Below, in pieces: positions 24,928-37,755 of a stretch of DNA of 64,000 nt. Positions within the stretch are counted from its first letter, which is position 1; each line of letters starts with the position of its first letter. Location: positions 177,880,001 through 177,944,000 of the forward strand of contig NC_058368.1 in assembly GCF_018350175.1 (NCBI RefSeq), written 5' to 3'. Both the position numbers and the translations under genes were made by a program. Under the pieces are notes generated by a model. That model had not been told where the DNA came from and searched no databases. It was given only the letters and a program-made list of their open reading frames with translations. This DNA comes from Felis catus (lineage: Eukaryota).

Positions 24928-25060
24928 AGCCCCATCATTCTTAATGGTGTTTGCTGTGTCTGCCTCAGGTAAAAAAGTGCTTGTGTTCCTTCTCTCCTGG
25001 TAGGTACCTCCCTCTTCTTAAATTTCAGATTATATGGTTACTTTGCAATCTCAGCTTTTT

Positions 25061-25274
25061 AAAATTTTTTTTAATGTTTATTTATTTTTGAGAGAGACAT
25101 AGTGGAAGCTGGGGAGGGGCAGACAGAGAGGGAGACACAGAATCCTAAGCAGGCTCCAGGCTCTGCACTGTCAGCACAGAACCCACACAGATGTGGGGCT
25201 TGAACTCATGAACCTCAAGACCATGCCCTGAGCTGAAGTCAGACATTTAAGCGTCTGAGCCACCCAGGCACCCC
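25061..25274 (-). mobile_element. Carnivore SINE (SINEC)
   Basis: TSD tgcaatc(t/g)cagcttttt on both sides. Confidence 0.95.
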
Positions 25275-25419
25275 TGCAATCGCAGCTTTTTGACAGGCTC
25301 ATGAAATGTCATAAACTTGAAGTTTGTCCAGCTTTTTTGTTGTTTTAAAAATGCAAGTGTAGCTCCTTCTAGCTTTCTATAGCTTCAAACAGAAACTGGA
25401 AGGCTTCTGTTGTTTTTCA

Positions 25420-25560
25420 GTCCTAGAATTTGAGTTGAAAAGGTCTCCGAAGCAACCTAGTTCATTAATTTATTTTACAAATGAGAATACCAAAACTCTA
25501 AAAGAAAAGAAAGGACTTCCTTGGATACTTAGTGACAGAGCCTGGGCAATTTTACATATT
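25420..25560 (-). mobile_element. MIR relic
   Basis: ttattttacaaatgagaataccaaaactcta...cttagtgacagagcctggg. Confidence 0.55.
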
Positions 25561-28500
25561 TACACAGTGACTCCTTATATATGGTAGTTGGAGTGACATA
25601 TAAGAAATCCAGACATTAAAAAACTAAAAGAGTAATTAAAATGGATCATGAGGACCAGGTAAAATATAAAGTTGAATAAGAGTGTAGATAAGAAAGGAAA
25701 AGGGGAGAATTATCAAATTTTGTAAAAGAAGATTATAAGGTTTCACACAATGGAACAGGTGAGCCGTAAGTTGATGCCAAATTTTCAGATGTCCAAAGTG
25801 AAAAAGAAAAGGCTATTTTATAGTTTTTGCTATCTAATTAGAGGAATATATATGCATTTTTGAGCAAACAAAAGCATATCCTAGCGCTAAATTTTAAAAG
25901 TATTCTCTCCTTTTAGGTTTCATCTAGGGACCACTAAGAAATATGATGGGATCATACTCTCCCAACAGCACTCCTGAAGCAAATACAATTATCATATGCA
26001 AATGTTGGAATTACAGCGTGGATACATGTGTTCAGTCTTCATATTTAAAACTATTTTTACTCCACTATGCAGTTTATAGTATAGCAAACTACTAATGATC
26101 ACTAGTGACTCAGTTAATGTCAAAATAGGTATAGCCTAGGTTACAATTCTTTCAAGTTGGAAGGATTCTCATCAGTTTGTCCTATCATCTAATTTTAGAT
26201 ATAAAATTGATCATCATAGATAATTTGTGAAAAATGTTAAGTACAGGCAAGTTAAACTTCTACTCAGTTCAAAAGGAGGTCTTTGAAAATCCAGTTGAGC
26301 TGACAAGATATTTTGTCTTTAGGATGATAGTGATGTCAACAGAACTTTATAAATATTTTTAAATAATTCATGGCAATCAGAAACATATGAAAAGGAAAAC
26401 AAAAGGCGGCCATAAGCCCTCTGTACTGCCAACAATTTGCTGGAGTGAAAAGGGTCCAAATCTAGACAGAAAACCAGGAGAAAACATGACGCAAAAGGGA
26501 AACAAAGAGTCGCTCACTCTACAACTGCTCAAACTATACATCTTAACAGCTCCGAGTTTCAAGTCTATGCTGACTTTTTCTTTAATTTATACATCAAATG
26601 GAAAATTAATAATTTCCAAATTTGTAATTAACCACTGTAGGAGAATGACCTAGAAAAGGCCTACATAGGAAGTCATACATATCTATATGTAAGAAAAAAA
26701 TTGAAACTCCATTTGAACGTGACTATGACTAGAAATAAAAAGACACTCCTAGTCTCACTTTAAGTAGAGTCCTGACAGTCTGAAAAAATACAAGATTGGT
26801 TTTGGATACTGTTCAAAGTGTGTCTGCTGAAAGTGCTGGAAAGACCACCTCTTTATAATATAATCTTACCTCAAATGGATCCTGCATTATGGACCCAGGG
26901 GACAGAATTAGAGAGAGACTCCAGCTTATGTGCTCTCTCTCTCTCTTTAAAAAATGAAAAACAAAAAAAACAACCAGGTGGGGAGACTTGAGTAAAATGA
27001 AAATTTTATATAAATATGTAGGTCTATTATACACAGAGAGCTACATACAAGTATGAACACCCGGTTAATATTCTTGGGCATCTTGACAGGGAGAAAAGAA
27101 TTTCATTTCCCATTAGCTAACTCATGTTTGAAAAAGTAAACATTTATTAATAATGCTCATATGAGAAAACACTTATATAAGTTAAAGGGAAAGAATGTTA
27201 CTTTGGATCCATAATCCTGCAGCCTTTCAGTTGAAATGCTAGTTGATCTTAATGAGAGAAATTATTTGATTCAAGAATCAGCCAAATAGAAATTAAGACA
27301 AACATAAATGCATAAAAACAAAATTAACTCTATATGGCAAACACATGCCTCATAGCACCTGTCCTCACATGTAGAAAAGAACATCAGCCTTTGACTGATT
27401 ATTTCTTTTTGACATGATTTATCACCCGGTATTCTTTAAACTTGATAAAGCAAATTAATCTTTGATTGCAGGCGGCACTGGAGGTTGCCATTAGTCATGT
27501 AGTTTGGTGAGGTTCCTTGTGTTTCATTTACCAGGCACACAGAAAGAGAGCCCAGAAGCGATTGCCTCAGCTTTGACTTCTTTCCCAATCCACCCAGGAG
27601 AAATGATCAAAGAATTCAATATACGGTATTTTAAATTACTTCTATAGAACTGACCAACAAGGGAAAAAAGAATTTTCTCCTTACCCTATTTTTATAATTA
27701 TTTTTTAACCAAGGACAAAGGAACAGTTACAACTTGTAGTTTCAACATTAACAACTCAAATAAACTTGCTTCTTTGTTTTTAGGACAAGTGGTGGAGGTG
27801 GCGGGAAATTAAAAACTAGTTTTTGAAACCAGAATCTTAAGAAAGAAAGGACATTGAGGAATCAACTATGCAGGAATACAGAAACAGGAAATAGATACTC
27901 AAAATTGAAGAGATTCTTCCACAAAACCATTGTTCCTTTCTTTTACTGGAAATATCTTCTAGATTAGTAAACATTCCATCCTAAAATATTACCCAATTTT
28001 TTCTTTTCCTTTTTTTTTTTAAACAGTACACAATGATAGGAAAATTGCCATGACTGTTAAAATCGATTCCTTTCTGGGTTTCCTATTTTAGAATTTAACA
28101 TTAAAAGAGCATTAAATTGGCTTAATGCTCACCATTACTCATTCTAATACCTTAGTGTGCCGAAGAAAGAGAAAGATTATCTAATGAAATAACTACTATG
28201 GAAGAATATCCAAGTTAGAACTTAGGGTTTTCAAAAGCGTCTGGTCCCTTACTTAGCTGATAATTGCCTATCAGAGACATTTTCCACAATTTCAAAAACC
28301 CAGATTCTTCTGTTATGCTACCGTTAACAAACCATCACTTCACATATAATCTGATCAACTCAACAACACATTTCTTCAATCTAGCCTTAAGTATAGGACT
28401 CAAAAAGTTGATCGCTAAGAAAAGTGACCACCTCTATTAGGCTAAATACTAAATCTTCTAAAATTACAGCAAAAACCATTTGAAGAGAATGCCAGAGAAC

Positions 28501-29927
28501 TTGATAACCCCCCAATATTTATGAGAGCCTCACTTTCCAATTAGTCTTCATGGAAGAAATCCGTGTACTTAAAGGAGAGGAAGAGTTCTCTGTGTAGCCT
28601 AAACCCACCCTTTTAAAAATCATTTATTCTTTTAGAAAGGAATCCAAAGAAAATAAATTATCATTTAAAATATCAAATCCCATTTAAAATTTATGCAAGA
28701 TCTTCATTTTCAAAAAACAATATTCCCTTAAAATTAACGGACTGATGTAGGCCTAACATCAGTGTTTCCAGCATTTAATTTTAGGCGATACCATCTGTTT
28801 AGAGAACAAAATTCTCCAAATGGTCTAAATGTGCAAATAAAGGCATTACATGTGTAGATGCTTAAAAGATCCTTTTCTTAAATGAAACAGAAGAGCAATT
28901 CTTAAAGGACTGAAATGCACAGAAAACAGCTAAAAGCTCAAGTGCAACAATGCTTTTTTTTTTTTTTTTTTTAAACAAAGTAACCGTTAATGTTCTTATT
29001 CCAATGTTTGATGAGCCACACTAACCAGGCTCCTGGTCATACACTGAAGCACAAACTATTAATGCAATAACTGGGTTTCTGTCCATTTTCCTACCATCTG
29101 TATGTGAACTGAAAACCCAGAGTAGCCTATATACACAGATATTCACAGACTGAGTAATATTGTGATCTTTTGAAGCATTTATTAAGATAGCATCACAAAA
29201 TGTAAATTCCTAAAAACAGTCCTCTATTTTCTCTTAGTGCATTTGAAAGTTTGTTGGAACTATCATTCTCTAAATATACTGTAAAGAGTTAGACATAAAT
29301 CTTTACAAAATGACTACACTGAAATGCTTGAATTTGGACTGTCTCTAATTGCAAATAAAATGTATCAATTGGTTTGGCTAACTTAAAAAAGCTGGCAGGA
29401 ATAATTAACTATAATATTGACAGCAATCAGAGCTAGGAAAACTGTGTATCTCTTTATAGCAAATATTGCCAGTTTTAAAGAAAATACATGTGTAATTCTA
29501 TATTCTCTTTCAATACATGTATTATTATATATATATATTAGTTCCACATTTTAACTTAGGTTATTAATAGGCAAGAACTAATTAATTCCATGAGTTATTT
29601 AATAATTTTGTTGAAGCATTTTCTTCTAGAATCATTATGAATTACTACAGTTTACAAAATCAGAAAAGCTATCAGAATCAAGTGATCAAATGAACATCAA
29701 ATATACATACTATAACAAATTTTAATCTTGTCCCTGCACAGAACTCAAAGAAAGGTAAACTGAGAGAAACTGCTCTGTAACAAGGTTTTAAGCCTTGTTT
29801 CCTTTTTGGTATAAAGGACATTTCAAGAAGCAGTAAATTCATTAGGACAAAAGTCTCTTTCACTTTTTATTAACACCAGTAGTTAACTTGCATGCTTATT
29901 TAAAGCAAGTTCACAGGTAACAACTTA

Positions 29928-30022
29928 CTATATATATGTGTGTATATGTATATGTATATATATATACATATACATATACATATATACACACACATATGAA
30001 TATACATATATATGAATATACA
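29928..30022. repeat. Degenerate (TA)n/(TACA)n microsatellite
   Basis: Directly visible. Confidence 0.9.
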
Positions 30023-30837
30023 TTTACTGCTTGGCTCCATTGAGGAACTATAAATTTAATCGATTGAACATTAGCAAAAAATTACATGTGTTTATCATCT
30101 GGATTATTCTCAGATTAATAGAGATAAATGACAAAACATAATCAGTAGCAGCTCTGCAACTTAATCATTGCATCTGAGCTATAGGAAGCACTTAATTACT
30201 CTCATTTACTAGGTTCAATCTAATGAGAAAGCATTAGCCAAATGAAAAGAATGCAGTACAAACAAACAAAATAGTTATACCATCATTAAAAAGAAACTCT
30301 GACAGTGCAGGTGACAGCATAGGCAGGATAAATTACCATAATGTTCTAAATGCTGAGCTGTCAGCATGCTAATGCCATGATCAGATACCCTGGGAATCTC
30401 AGCACTATAGCTGTCAGAAACAGGTATCATAAATCACCTCTCTCTACTGTACTGCTCATTATCACAGCTATAGTATACATGTTTTTCAGCATACTCCAGT
30501 ACAAATTTGAAGGCAACACTTATTCTTATGAGTGGGTCTGTTTACTCTCGCAGACACTGTAGACAATCCTTGCCTAATAAATGGATACTTTATTTTGCAA
30601 TAATGAACTACAGGATCTTAGAACATGATAGGACTCTGCTTTTAATTCATAAACCATTTGAACCAACAGACTGCAAAAACAGCACATTTTCCCAAGCTAT
30701 AATATAGTAGCAGTGAGCTAGATAAATTAGCATCATTTCATTGAAAGAAGTATCATTATTTGGAAGCTATTCCTGGATCTGGAAAACAATAGTAGCAGAT
30801 ACAAATTATAACTACTTGCAATGCCTAGGAACATTTA

Positions 30838-31553
30838 AGAAAACCACCAACAAAAAGAAAAGGCACCCTACGGAATGGGAGAAAATACATGCAAATCATA
30901 TATCTGATAAGACATTAATATCCAAAATATATAAAGAACCCATACAACTCAACAGAAACAACAACAACAACAACAACAACAACAAACAATCTGACTTAAA
31001 AATGGGCAGAGGATCTGATTAGACATTTTTCTAAAGATGACATACAAATGTCCAACAGGTTCATAAAAAAGGTGCTCGATACCACTAATCACTGGGGAAA
31101 TGCAAGTGAAAACCACAATGAGATATCACCTCACATCTCTTAGAATGGCTATTGTCAAAAAGATAAGAAAATAAAAAGCGTTAGCAAGGATGTGGAAAAA
31201 AGGTCCATTGTTGTGCACTGTTGGTGTAAAAGTAAACTGGTGCAGCCACTACGGAAAATAATATGGAGGCTCCTCAAAAAATTAAAAATAGCACTACCAC
31301 ATAATCCAAGAATTCGATTTCTAGGTATTTATCTGAAGAAAACAAAATCATTATCTTGAAAAGATCCCTGCACCCCTGTGTTCATAGCAGTAGTATTTAC
31401 AATAGCTAAAACATTTACAATAGCTAAAACCTGATTTTGTCCATTGACAAACGAATGACCAAGAAAATGTAGTGTGTGTGCGTGTATAATGTGGTGTACA
31501 TACGTATACATTTATATGTGAAAATAAGATGCGGTATGTATATAATGTGATAT

Positions 31554-31590
<37 letters not shown>

Positions 31591-31846
31591 GGAATATTAT
31601 TCAGCCACCAAAAAAGAAGGAAATCCTGACATTTTCTACAACATGATGGATGGACCTTGAAGGCATTATGCTAAGCGAATAAGTCAGACAGAAAAAAGAC
31701 AAATACTGTATGATTTCACATATGTGGAATCTAAAATTTAAAAAAACCACTTTAACTCCTAGATACAGAGAATAAACAGGAGCTTGTAGGGTGGGGAGAA
31801 GTGGAGGGTGGGCAAAGTGCACGAAGATGGTCAAGATAAAAAAAAG
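30838..31846 (+). mobile_element. LINE-1 3' portion (ORF2 C-terminus and 3' UTR)
   Basis: ORF track shows KKRHPTEWEKIHANHISDKTLISKIYKEPIQLN (L1 ORF2 'EWEKIFAN' region); contains (AAC)n, (GATA)n and an 18-bp duplication atttacaatagctaaaac. Confidence 0.92.
31556..31588. repeat. (GATA)n microsatellite within L1
   Basis: Directly visible. Confidence 0.95.
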
Positions 31847-31929
31847 ACCTAATCTTAACATGTTTTAGGGACATTTTTTATTTTATAGGGACAAAGATCT
31901 AATATTTTGAGAGTTTATTATATATAATC

Positions 31930-32110
31930 TCTTTTAATCCTTACAATAGTCTTGAGTTAATTATTGTTATTCTAGCTTTAGAGACAAGAAACCTGAGGAT
32001 CTCTGAGTTCGAGAAACTTGCCCAAAGGCCACCTAGTGGTACAACCGTATCTGAACCCAAGTCCGAACCATGTCTGAACCCAAGTTTCTTGCAACCTGCA
32101 TGCCCTTTAT
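31930..32110 (-). mobile_element. MIR relic
   Basis: ttttaatccttacaatagtcttgag...gaaacttgcccaaaggccacc...tctgaacccaagtc. Confidence 0.65.
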
Positions 32111-35100
32111 CACTGGTAGAGTCAGCAAAACGACTTTGGATATTAAAGTCTAGGAACATATAAAACATGACAGATTTCTCAAAAAAACTATATGAATAAA
32201 AACATGTATACTGTAAGTCCAGTGTAAATAAAATGGAATCAAACTGCCAATTTCCATTCACCAAAAGAAACAGCTAGAAGAGAAACTAGCTTTTCATTGT
32301 CACAACACACTTTGTAATACAATTGTACCAAGGTAACAGATGCATATGATGTATCTATTATTCCCAAACTGGCTCTTACTAAAAAGCACAAGATATATTT
32401 AAGAAGTAAAATAGTGTTTTTACATAAAGACAAAAAGTATTTTTAAAGTATTTTGATTGAGTATAAAAAATTTAAGGAAAAGAAAAAATACTGTGGTATA
32501 TTCAGTAAGAAAAGCACAATTTCCAAAGAAAATGAAAATGATGAATGATATTTTCTTATAATCTGTTTAAAGGTTCTCCTGTGCTTATTCCAGGAAAGGA
32601 ATCATATTTCTCACTGGCTTCTTGTGTCTTGGTGGGAGGTAAGTGATGGAGGAGGAGAACATTACAAGAACTGTTTTAATGCTCTTGTGCAAAGTACAAC
32701 TTAATTACATGTTTAAACCTCAGTCAGTTTTACTTTGATGATTATATAGTTCTATCTACTAGGTTGTGACCTGAATAACTTATAAATGTGAATTTAAGCC
32801 CTTTCCTGATTTAGGTATACAACCTAGCCTATGGTCCTCTTTTAAAAAGCAGAGTCCTATCCCAAATAGATCTGCTTAGTATTCATTTTCTTATGCTGCA
32901 TAAAACAGTTTCATTATTTTTGTAGAATTTGATCTTTTTTCTGCTTCCATCTAATTTTACCCATATGATTCTGAAACAGAATAATAGAACTCATTTCTAG
33001 TGTGTCCTAAGCACTTTACATATTATAATAGGAAAAAAACCTACAAGCCCAAAAGGGTGGCTTTGAACCCAGGTCAGTCTGGGACAAAGCTTGTGTGATA
33101 CTATTCATTGTATAATACCATTTTCTGTTGTGTGTATGCACTTGCTTTCTTAGATCGCCATGGGAAGAAAACTCTCTATCACACTCATTTGTTTCTCTGA
33201 TATAATTTTACAGAACTGTTACCTGAAAAAAAGCAGCTCTGGTGGTTACTGGCTAACTCACCACTATAAGACATCTTTGGAAGTGGGAAGAAGAGGTCTG
33301 GAGACACTGAAGCAGTGAGCTCTGGGGAGTGCTCTCTCACTTCTCCTGACTCCGAGATAGAGATAGATAGCGCTATGGGCTAGACTCCAGCACCGGACTG
33401 AAGTAACTCAGAGGTTGAGGGAAGGTATGGGGCACAAGGAGGAGGAGTTGAAGGAAGAAAAAACCTCTCTTCTAAAGTTAAAGCCCACATAGCTTTCCTT
33501 AACTTTGAGCCGGCTACCTGAAACACCATCTGATCCAGGCATAGGCAGAGCTTTGTTTCATTTTTTGTAGCAAAATGTGTGGCAATAGAATGCTGTAATT
33601 GATTCCTATGGACATACATTATAATTTCAAAGGTGAGATGGATAAAATTTCATTCTTGTTTTGACTGATTTTCAGAAACAAGGAGTGCTAGGCTTGTAGC
33701 TTTACATTTTACTACCTAATACCCCCTCTTCCCACTTTTCCATTATCATGTGGTCAATGACTTAAAAAAACAGACAAACAAACAATCCACAAACCTCTAG
33801 GACACAGGACAGGCTGTGCTGGAGAAAACGGATAGAGACAGACAAACAGAGACACCTGTTCTTGAGGACTTCATCCACTAGTGTAGGAATCTAATCTCTT
33901 CAAACTAGGTTATAAAATCTCTTAAGGAGGGCCAAATTAATTAATTAAAGACTATAACATTATCTGTTGAAATAATAAATTAGCAAAAATGATATTCATT
34001 GTGTTTTATGAATTTAGAGGGCAGACTTTTCAACACTGAAATTCATGTTCAAACTTTTTTTCTTGAAATTCACAGGCTACTTAGTGATAGTGTTCATGAC
34101 TGAAATGCACTCTGTGTAGATTCCAATGTTATCAACCTTATCATTCTCATGCTTGTCACACTCCTCCCTCTCCTCTACCCTCCAACACCATTTTGATAAA
34201 CATAAAGTTCTCTAGTCACCCCAGACACTCACTAAATCTCTCTTCATAGGAAGAAGAGGGAGGGTCTTGCTCTTCCTATAGAGGGGGAAAAAAAGTCACA
34301 GTATCTTCATTAGCCAGTATTGTATGGAGCTTTCTTTCAGTAGTAAGTGGTGTTATGGAAAACAATTTTTTTTTAAATTAGCAATATGATATAGAATACT
34401 TTTCTAACTATGTATCTCCTTCCTCCCTTAACAGTAACACAAAGCCATGAATGTTAACTTTATTTGTCCTTAATTCTCTCTATAGGAAGTTAGTAAAACT
34501 ATCAATCCACATGGCATTTAAAAATTCATATTAAAGTCATGATTTCATCAAAATAAACCTCTTTTGTTCATGTCCATTTTTACTGTGCCCCCAAACTCTA
34601 TATAACCTGAATGATAACACTAGGGTTCAAATGCTGTCCTAGTTGTTAGCTTCATACTATGCACCCCAAAAGATGTTAGTTAGTCTTAGGTCCTACAAGC
34701 TCTTATTTCATTAGAATAAAATTTATAGCAGTAACAACTAGAAGGTCTTAAAAGATTTTAAGTTTTGTTCCTGGGCAGTCACCTATGTCCAGGCTAATGG
34801 TATTCACCATACAGGAGTCCCAAAGCCCTTTTACCATGAAATGCTAGTGATGCTTGTTGGAATACTATTAGGTTGAGCACAAGTATATAAGTAAGGTAGA
34901 CCTATAAAACACTCTTAGCTGCAAAAATTAAAACTAAAACCTCTTCTCCCAGCATAAATGGGGTAAGTCACTGTAATATATGGATATGTAAAATCTACAC
35001 CTTTATGTTCTTCAACCTTCTGATAAATTTAGAACATTGTTCTCTTTTGATGATCAAATGTACAAGTCAACTTGGAAATCAATTTTGTCTTACACTGAAC

Positions 35101-35281
35101 ATTTTCCTGGGTCTATTATTTACATAAAGCAGACAATATCATCTCATTTTATGTTGAGGGAGATTAGATAAAGAACATGTAGTCATTATTTTAAAAAATA
35201 CTTTAGCATTTTAATTAGATCTCACTAAACTCTATTTCATAGTGGAAATAAGACGTTATTACTAATTAAATTATACTCATA

Positions 35282-35497
35282 GGGGCGCCTGGGTGGCGCA
35301 GTCGGTTAAGCGTCCGACTTCAGCCAGGTCACGATCTCGCGGTCCGTGAGTTCGAGCCCCGCGTCAGGCTCTGGGCTGATGGCTCAGAGCCTGGAGCCTG
35401 TTTCCGATTCTGTGTCTCCCTCTCTCTCTGCCCCTCCCCCGTTCATGCTCTGTCTCTCTCTGTCCCAAAAATAAATAAACGTTCAAAAAAAAAAAAA
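35282..35497 (+). mobile_element. Very young feline SINE (SINEC_Fc type)
   Basis: CpGs intact, clean A tail, perfect 15-bp TSD taaattatactcata (35267-35281 and 35498-35512). Confidence 0.98.
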
Positions 35498-35644
35498 TAA
35501 ATTATACTCATAAAATAGGCTATGACGTTTTATTCACATAAAATCAATGGCAAAATCATTCATAAAATATTAAAAAAAGATGTTATTTCTGAGAAATTTT
35601 ATACTAGTTTGGCAAAAATACCTTCCATTTTATTATATAAAAAA

Positions 35645-35857
35645 ATTTATTTAATGTTTGTTTGTTTTTGAGAGAGAGGGAGAGACAGAGCATGAGCCAG
35701 GGAGGGGTAGAGAGAAAGGCAGACACAGAATCCGAAACAGGCTCTAGGCTCCAAGCTGTCAGCACAGAGCCCAATGTAGGGCTCAAACTCAGGCACTATG
35801 AGATCATGACCAGAGCCAAAGTCAAATGCTCAACCAAGTGAGACACCCAGGCACCCC
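35645..35857 (-). mobile_element. Carnivore SINE (SINEC)
   Basis: gacacagaatccgaaacaggctctaggctcc...gagacacccaggcacccc. Confidence 0.93.
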
Positions 35858-36219
35858 CCCTTTCTTTTCTATCTCCCTCATCTAATGTAACCAAGACTAG
35901 TTGGTTAGTACTAGTTAGTACTGGTTACTAGTTAGTACTTAAACACAGAATCTGGTATATGCTTAACAACTGTTAAATGAAAGAAATACACAGTTCCTTT
36001 CAAAACCATTAGTGTGTCCGTATTATACTACGGAATTACGATATAATAATGATATAATGATATAATTCTTTTCATGTATTTCATAAAATTAACTTTGTAA
36101 ATTAACTTTGTAAATCTGACTCAAGTACAGTAGAATCATGACATCCTGATGTTTTGTACCACGAGCAATTTGAAAAGACAAATTGGATCAAAGAATATAT
36201 GAGTCTCAAGTATTTCAAA

Positions 36220-36560
36220 AAATTTTTTTAATTTGAATATAGCTGATACATAGTCTTACATTAGTTCCAGGTGTACAATATAGTGCTTTAACATCTCTAT
36301 ATGTTATGCTCTGCTCACCACAAGTGTAGCTACAATCTGTCACCACATAAGGCTATTACAGTATCATTGACTACAGTCCTTATGCTGTACCTTTTATTCC
36401 CATGACTTATTCATTCTGTAACTGGGAGCCTGTATCTCCCTCTCCTAGTCACCCATTTGGCCCATCTCCCCTGCTTCCTTCCCTCCGGTAATCATCAGTC
36501 CATTCTCTGTATTTATAGTCTGATTCTGTTTCTTACTTATGTTTTATTTTTCTCATGTAT
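36220..36560 (-). mobile_element. LINE-1 3' end fragment (same type as 19100-20196)
   Basis: acattagttccaggtgtacaatatagtg...tgctcaccacaagtgtagctacaatctgtcacca, homologous to about 19145-19240. Confidence 0.85.
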
Positions 36561-36587
36561 CACTGCTGACAATTTTGCCAACTTGTA

Positions 36588-36793
36588 TTTTTTTTAAATA
36601 ATTTTTTAAATGTTTGTTTATATTGGAGAAATAGAGACAGAGTGTGAATGGGGGAGGGGCAGAGAGAGAAGGAGACAGAATCTGAAGCAGGCTCCAGGCT
36701 CTGAGCTGTCAGCAGGGCTCGAACCCACGAACTGCGAGATCATGACCTGAACTGAAGTCGGACACTTAACCAACTGGGCCACCCAGGCACCCC
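36588..36793 (-). mobile_element. Carnivore SINE (SINEC) with small internal deletion
   Basis: ctgagctgtcagcagggctcgaacccacg...actgggccacccaggcacccc. Confidence 0.93.
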
Positions 36794-36907
36794 AAGAAAG
36801 TATTGTTCTTGAACAGAATTGTAGGATTCTTTGAAATTGAGAAGGCAACTTAAAAGACTCAATTGTACTACAAAGAAGGTTCTGAAATATGGGATAACAG
36901 TTTTGAG

Positions 36908-37511
36908 CAGTGGTTCTCAAACTTTTTGGTTTCTGGACCCTTTTACACTTTTAAAAACTATTAAGGAAGAAACTCAAAAAACTTTTTGTTTATGTGGGCT
37001 AGATCTATTGACATTTACCATATTAGAAATAAAACATAATTTAAGGAACATAATTTAAAATATTAATTTATTAAAAAATAGATCTATTACATGAAGATCT
37101 ATTGATATTTACCATACTAGAAATAAAACATAATTTAAATTATTAATATATTAGAAAAATAGATCTATTACATGCCTGTATATTTAACAAATTTTATGAA
37201 AAAGCTCTATTTTGTAAAACAAAAAATATACTAAGAAAAGTGGTACTGTTTTATATTTTTATAAACCTCTTTAATATATGGCTTAATAGAAACAGAAGCA
37301 GCTGAATTTTTATATCTGCTTGTGCATTCAATCTGTTGTAACTTCACATGGCATATACCCTCTAGAAAATTCTACTGTACATTATTAGAGTATGAAAATA
37401 AAAAGGTTAATATTTTCCCAGGATCATTTTGAAAACAGTTTTGACCTCAGTGACTTCCTGAAAAGTCTTAGGATCTCCAGGAGTCCCTGAACCATACTTT
37501 GAGATCTGTTA
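36908..37511 (-). mobile_element. Charlie1-family (hAT) non-autonomous transposon with internal duplication
   Basis: cagtggttctcaaactttttggtttctggacccttttacacttttaaaaa at one end; gaaaacagttttgacctc...gaaccatactttgaga at the other. Confidence 0.75.
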
Positions 37512-37755
37512 GCATGGAGGTTAAAACCACAGGTTCTAGATTCAATGTCGCTGGGTCTGAATACCAGATCCTATTCTTATTAGCTATGCAAATTTCGTGA
37601 TATCACTTAACTTCTCTGGGTATGAGAGGTACGAGGATCTTGTCATTTAAAATTTGCTGAGGCCAGTCATTTTACTAACATAATGCTAATGTCTCGCACA
37701 ATCTGAAACATGTCTGGAGCATATGAGGTGCTCAAGTATTAGTGAATAAACTAAT
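37512..37755 (+). mobile_element. MIR relic
   Basis: gcatggaggttaaaaccacaggttctaga...ctgggtctgaataccagatcc...tcacttaacttctctggg. Confidence 0.6.

Noticed and set aside
35282..35360. tRNA-like A and B boxes in SINE heads
   Set aside because: This is the tRNA-derived head of CanSINEs, followed by SINE body and tail; not a tRNA gene
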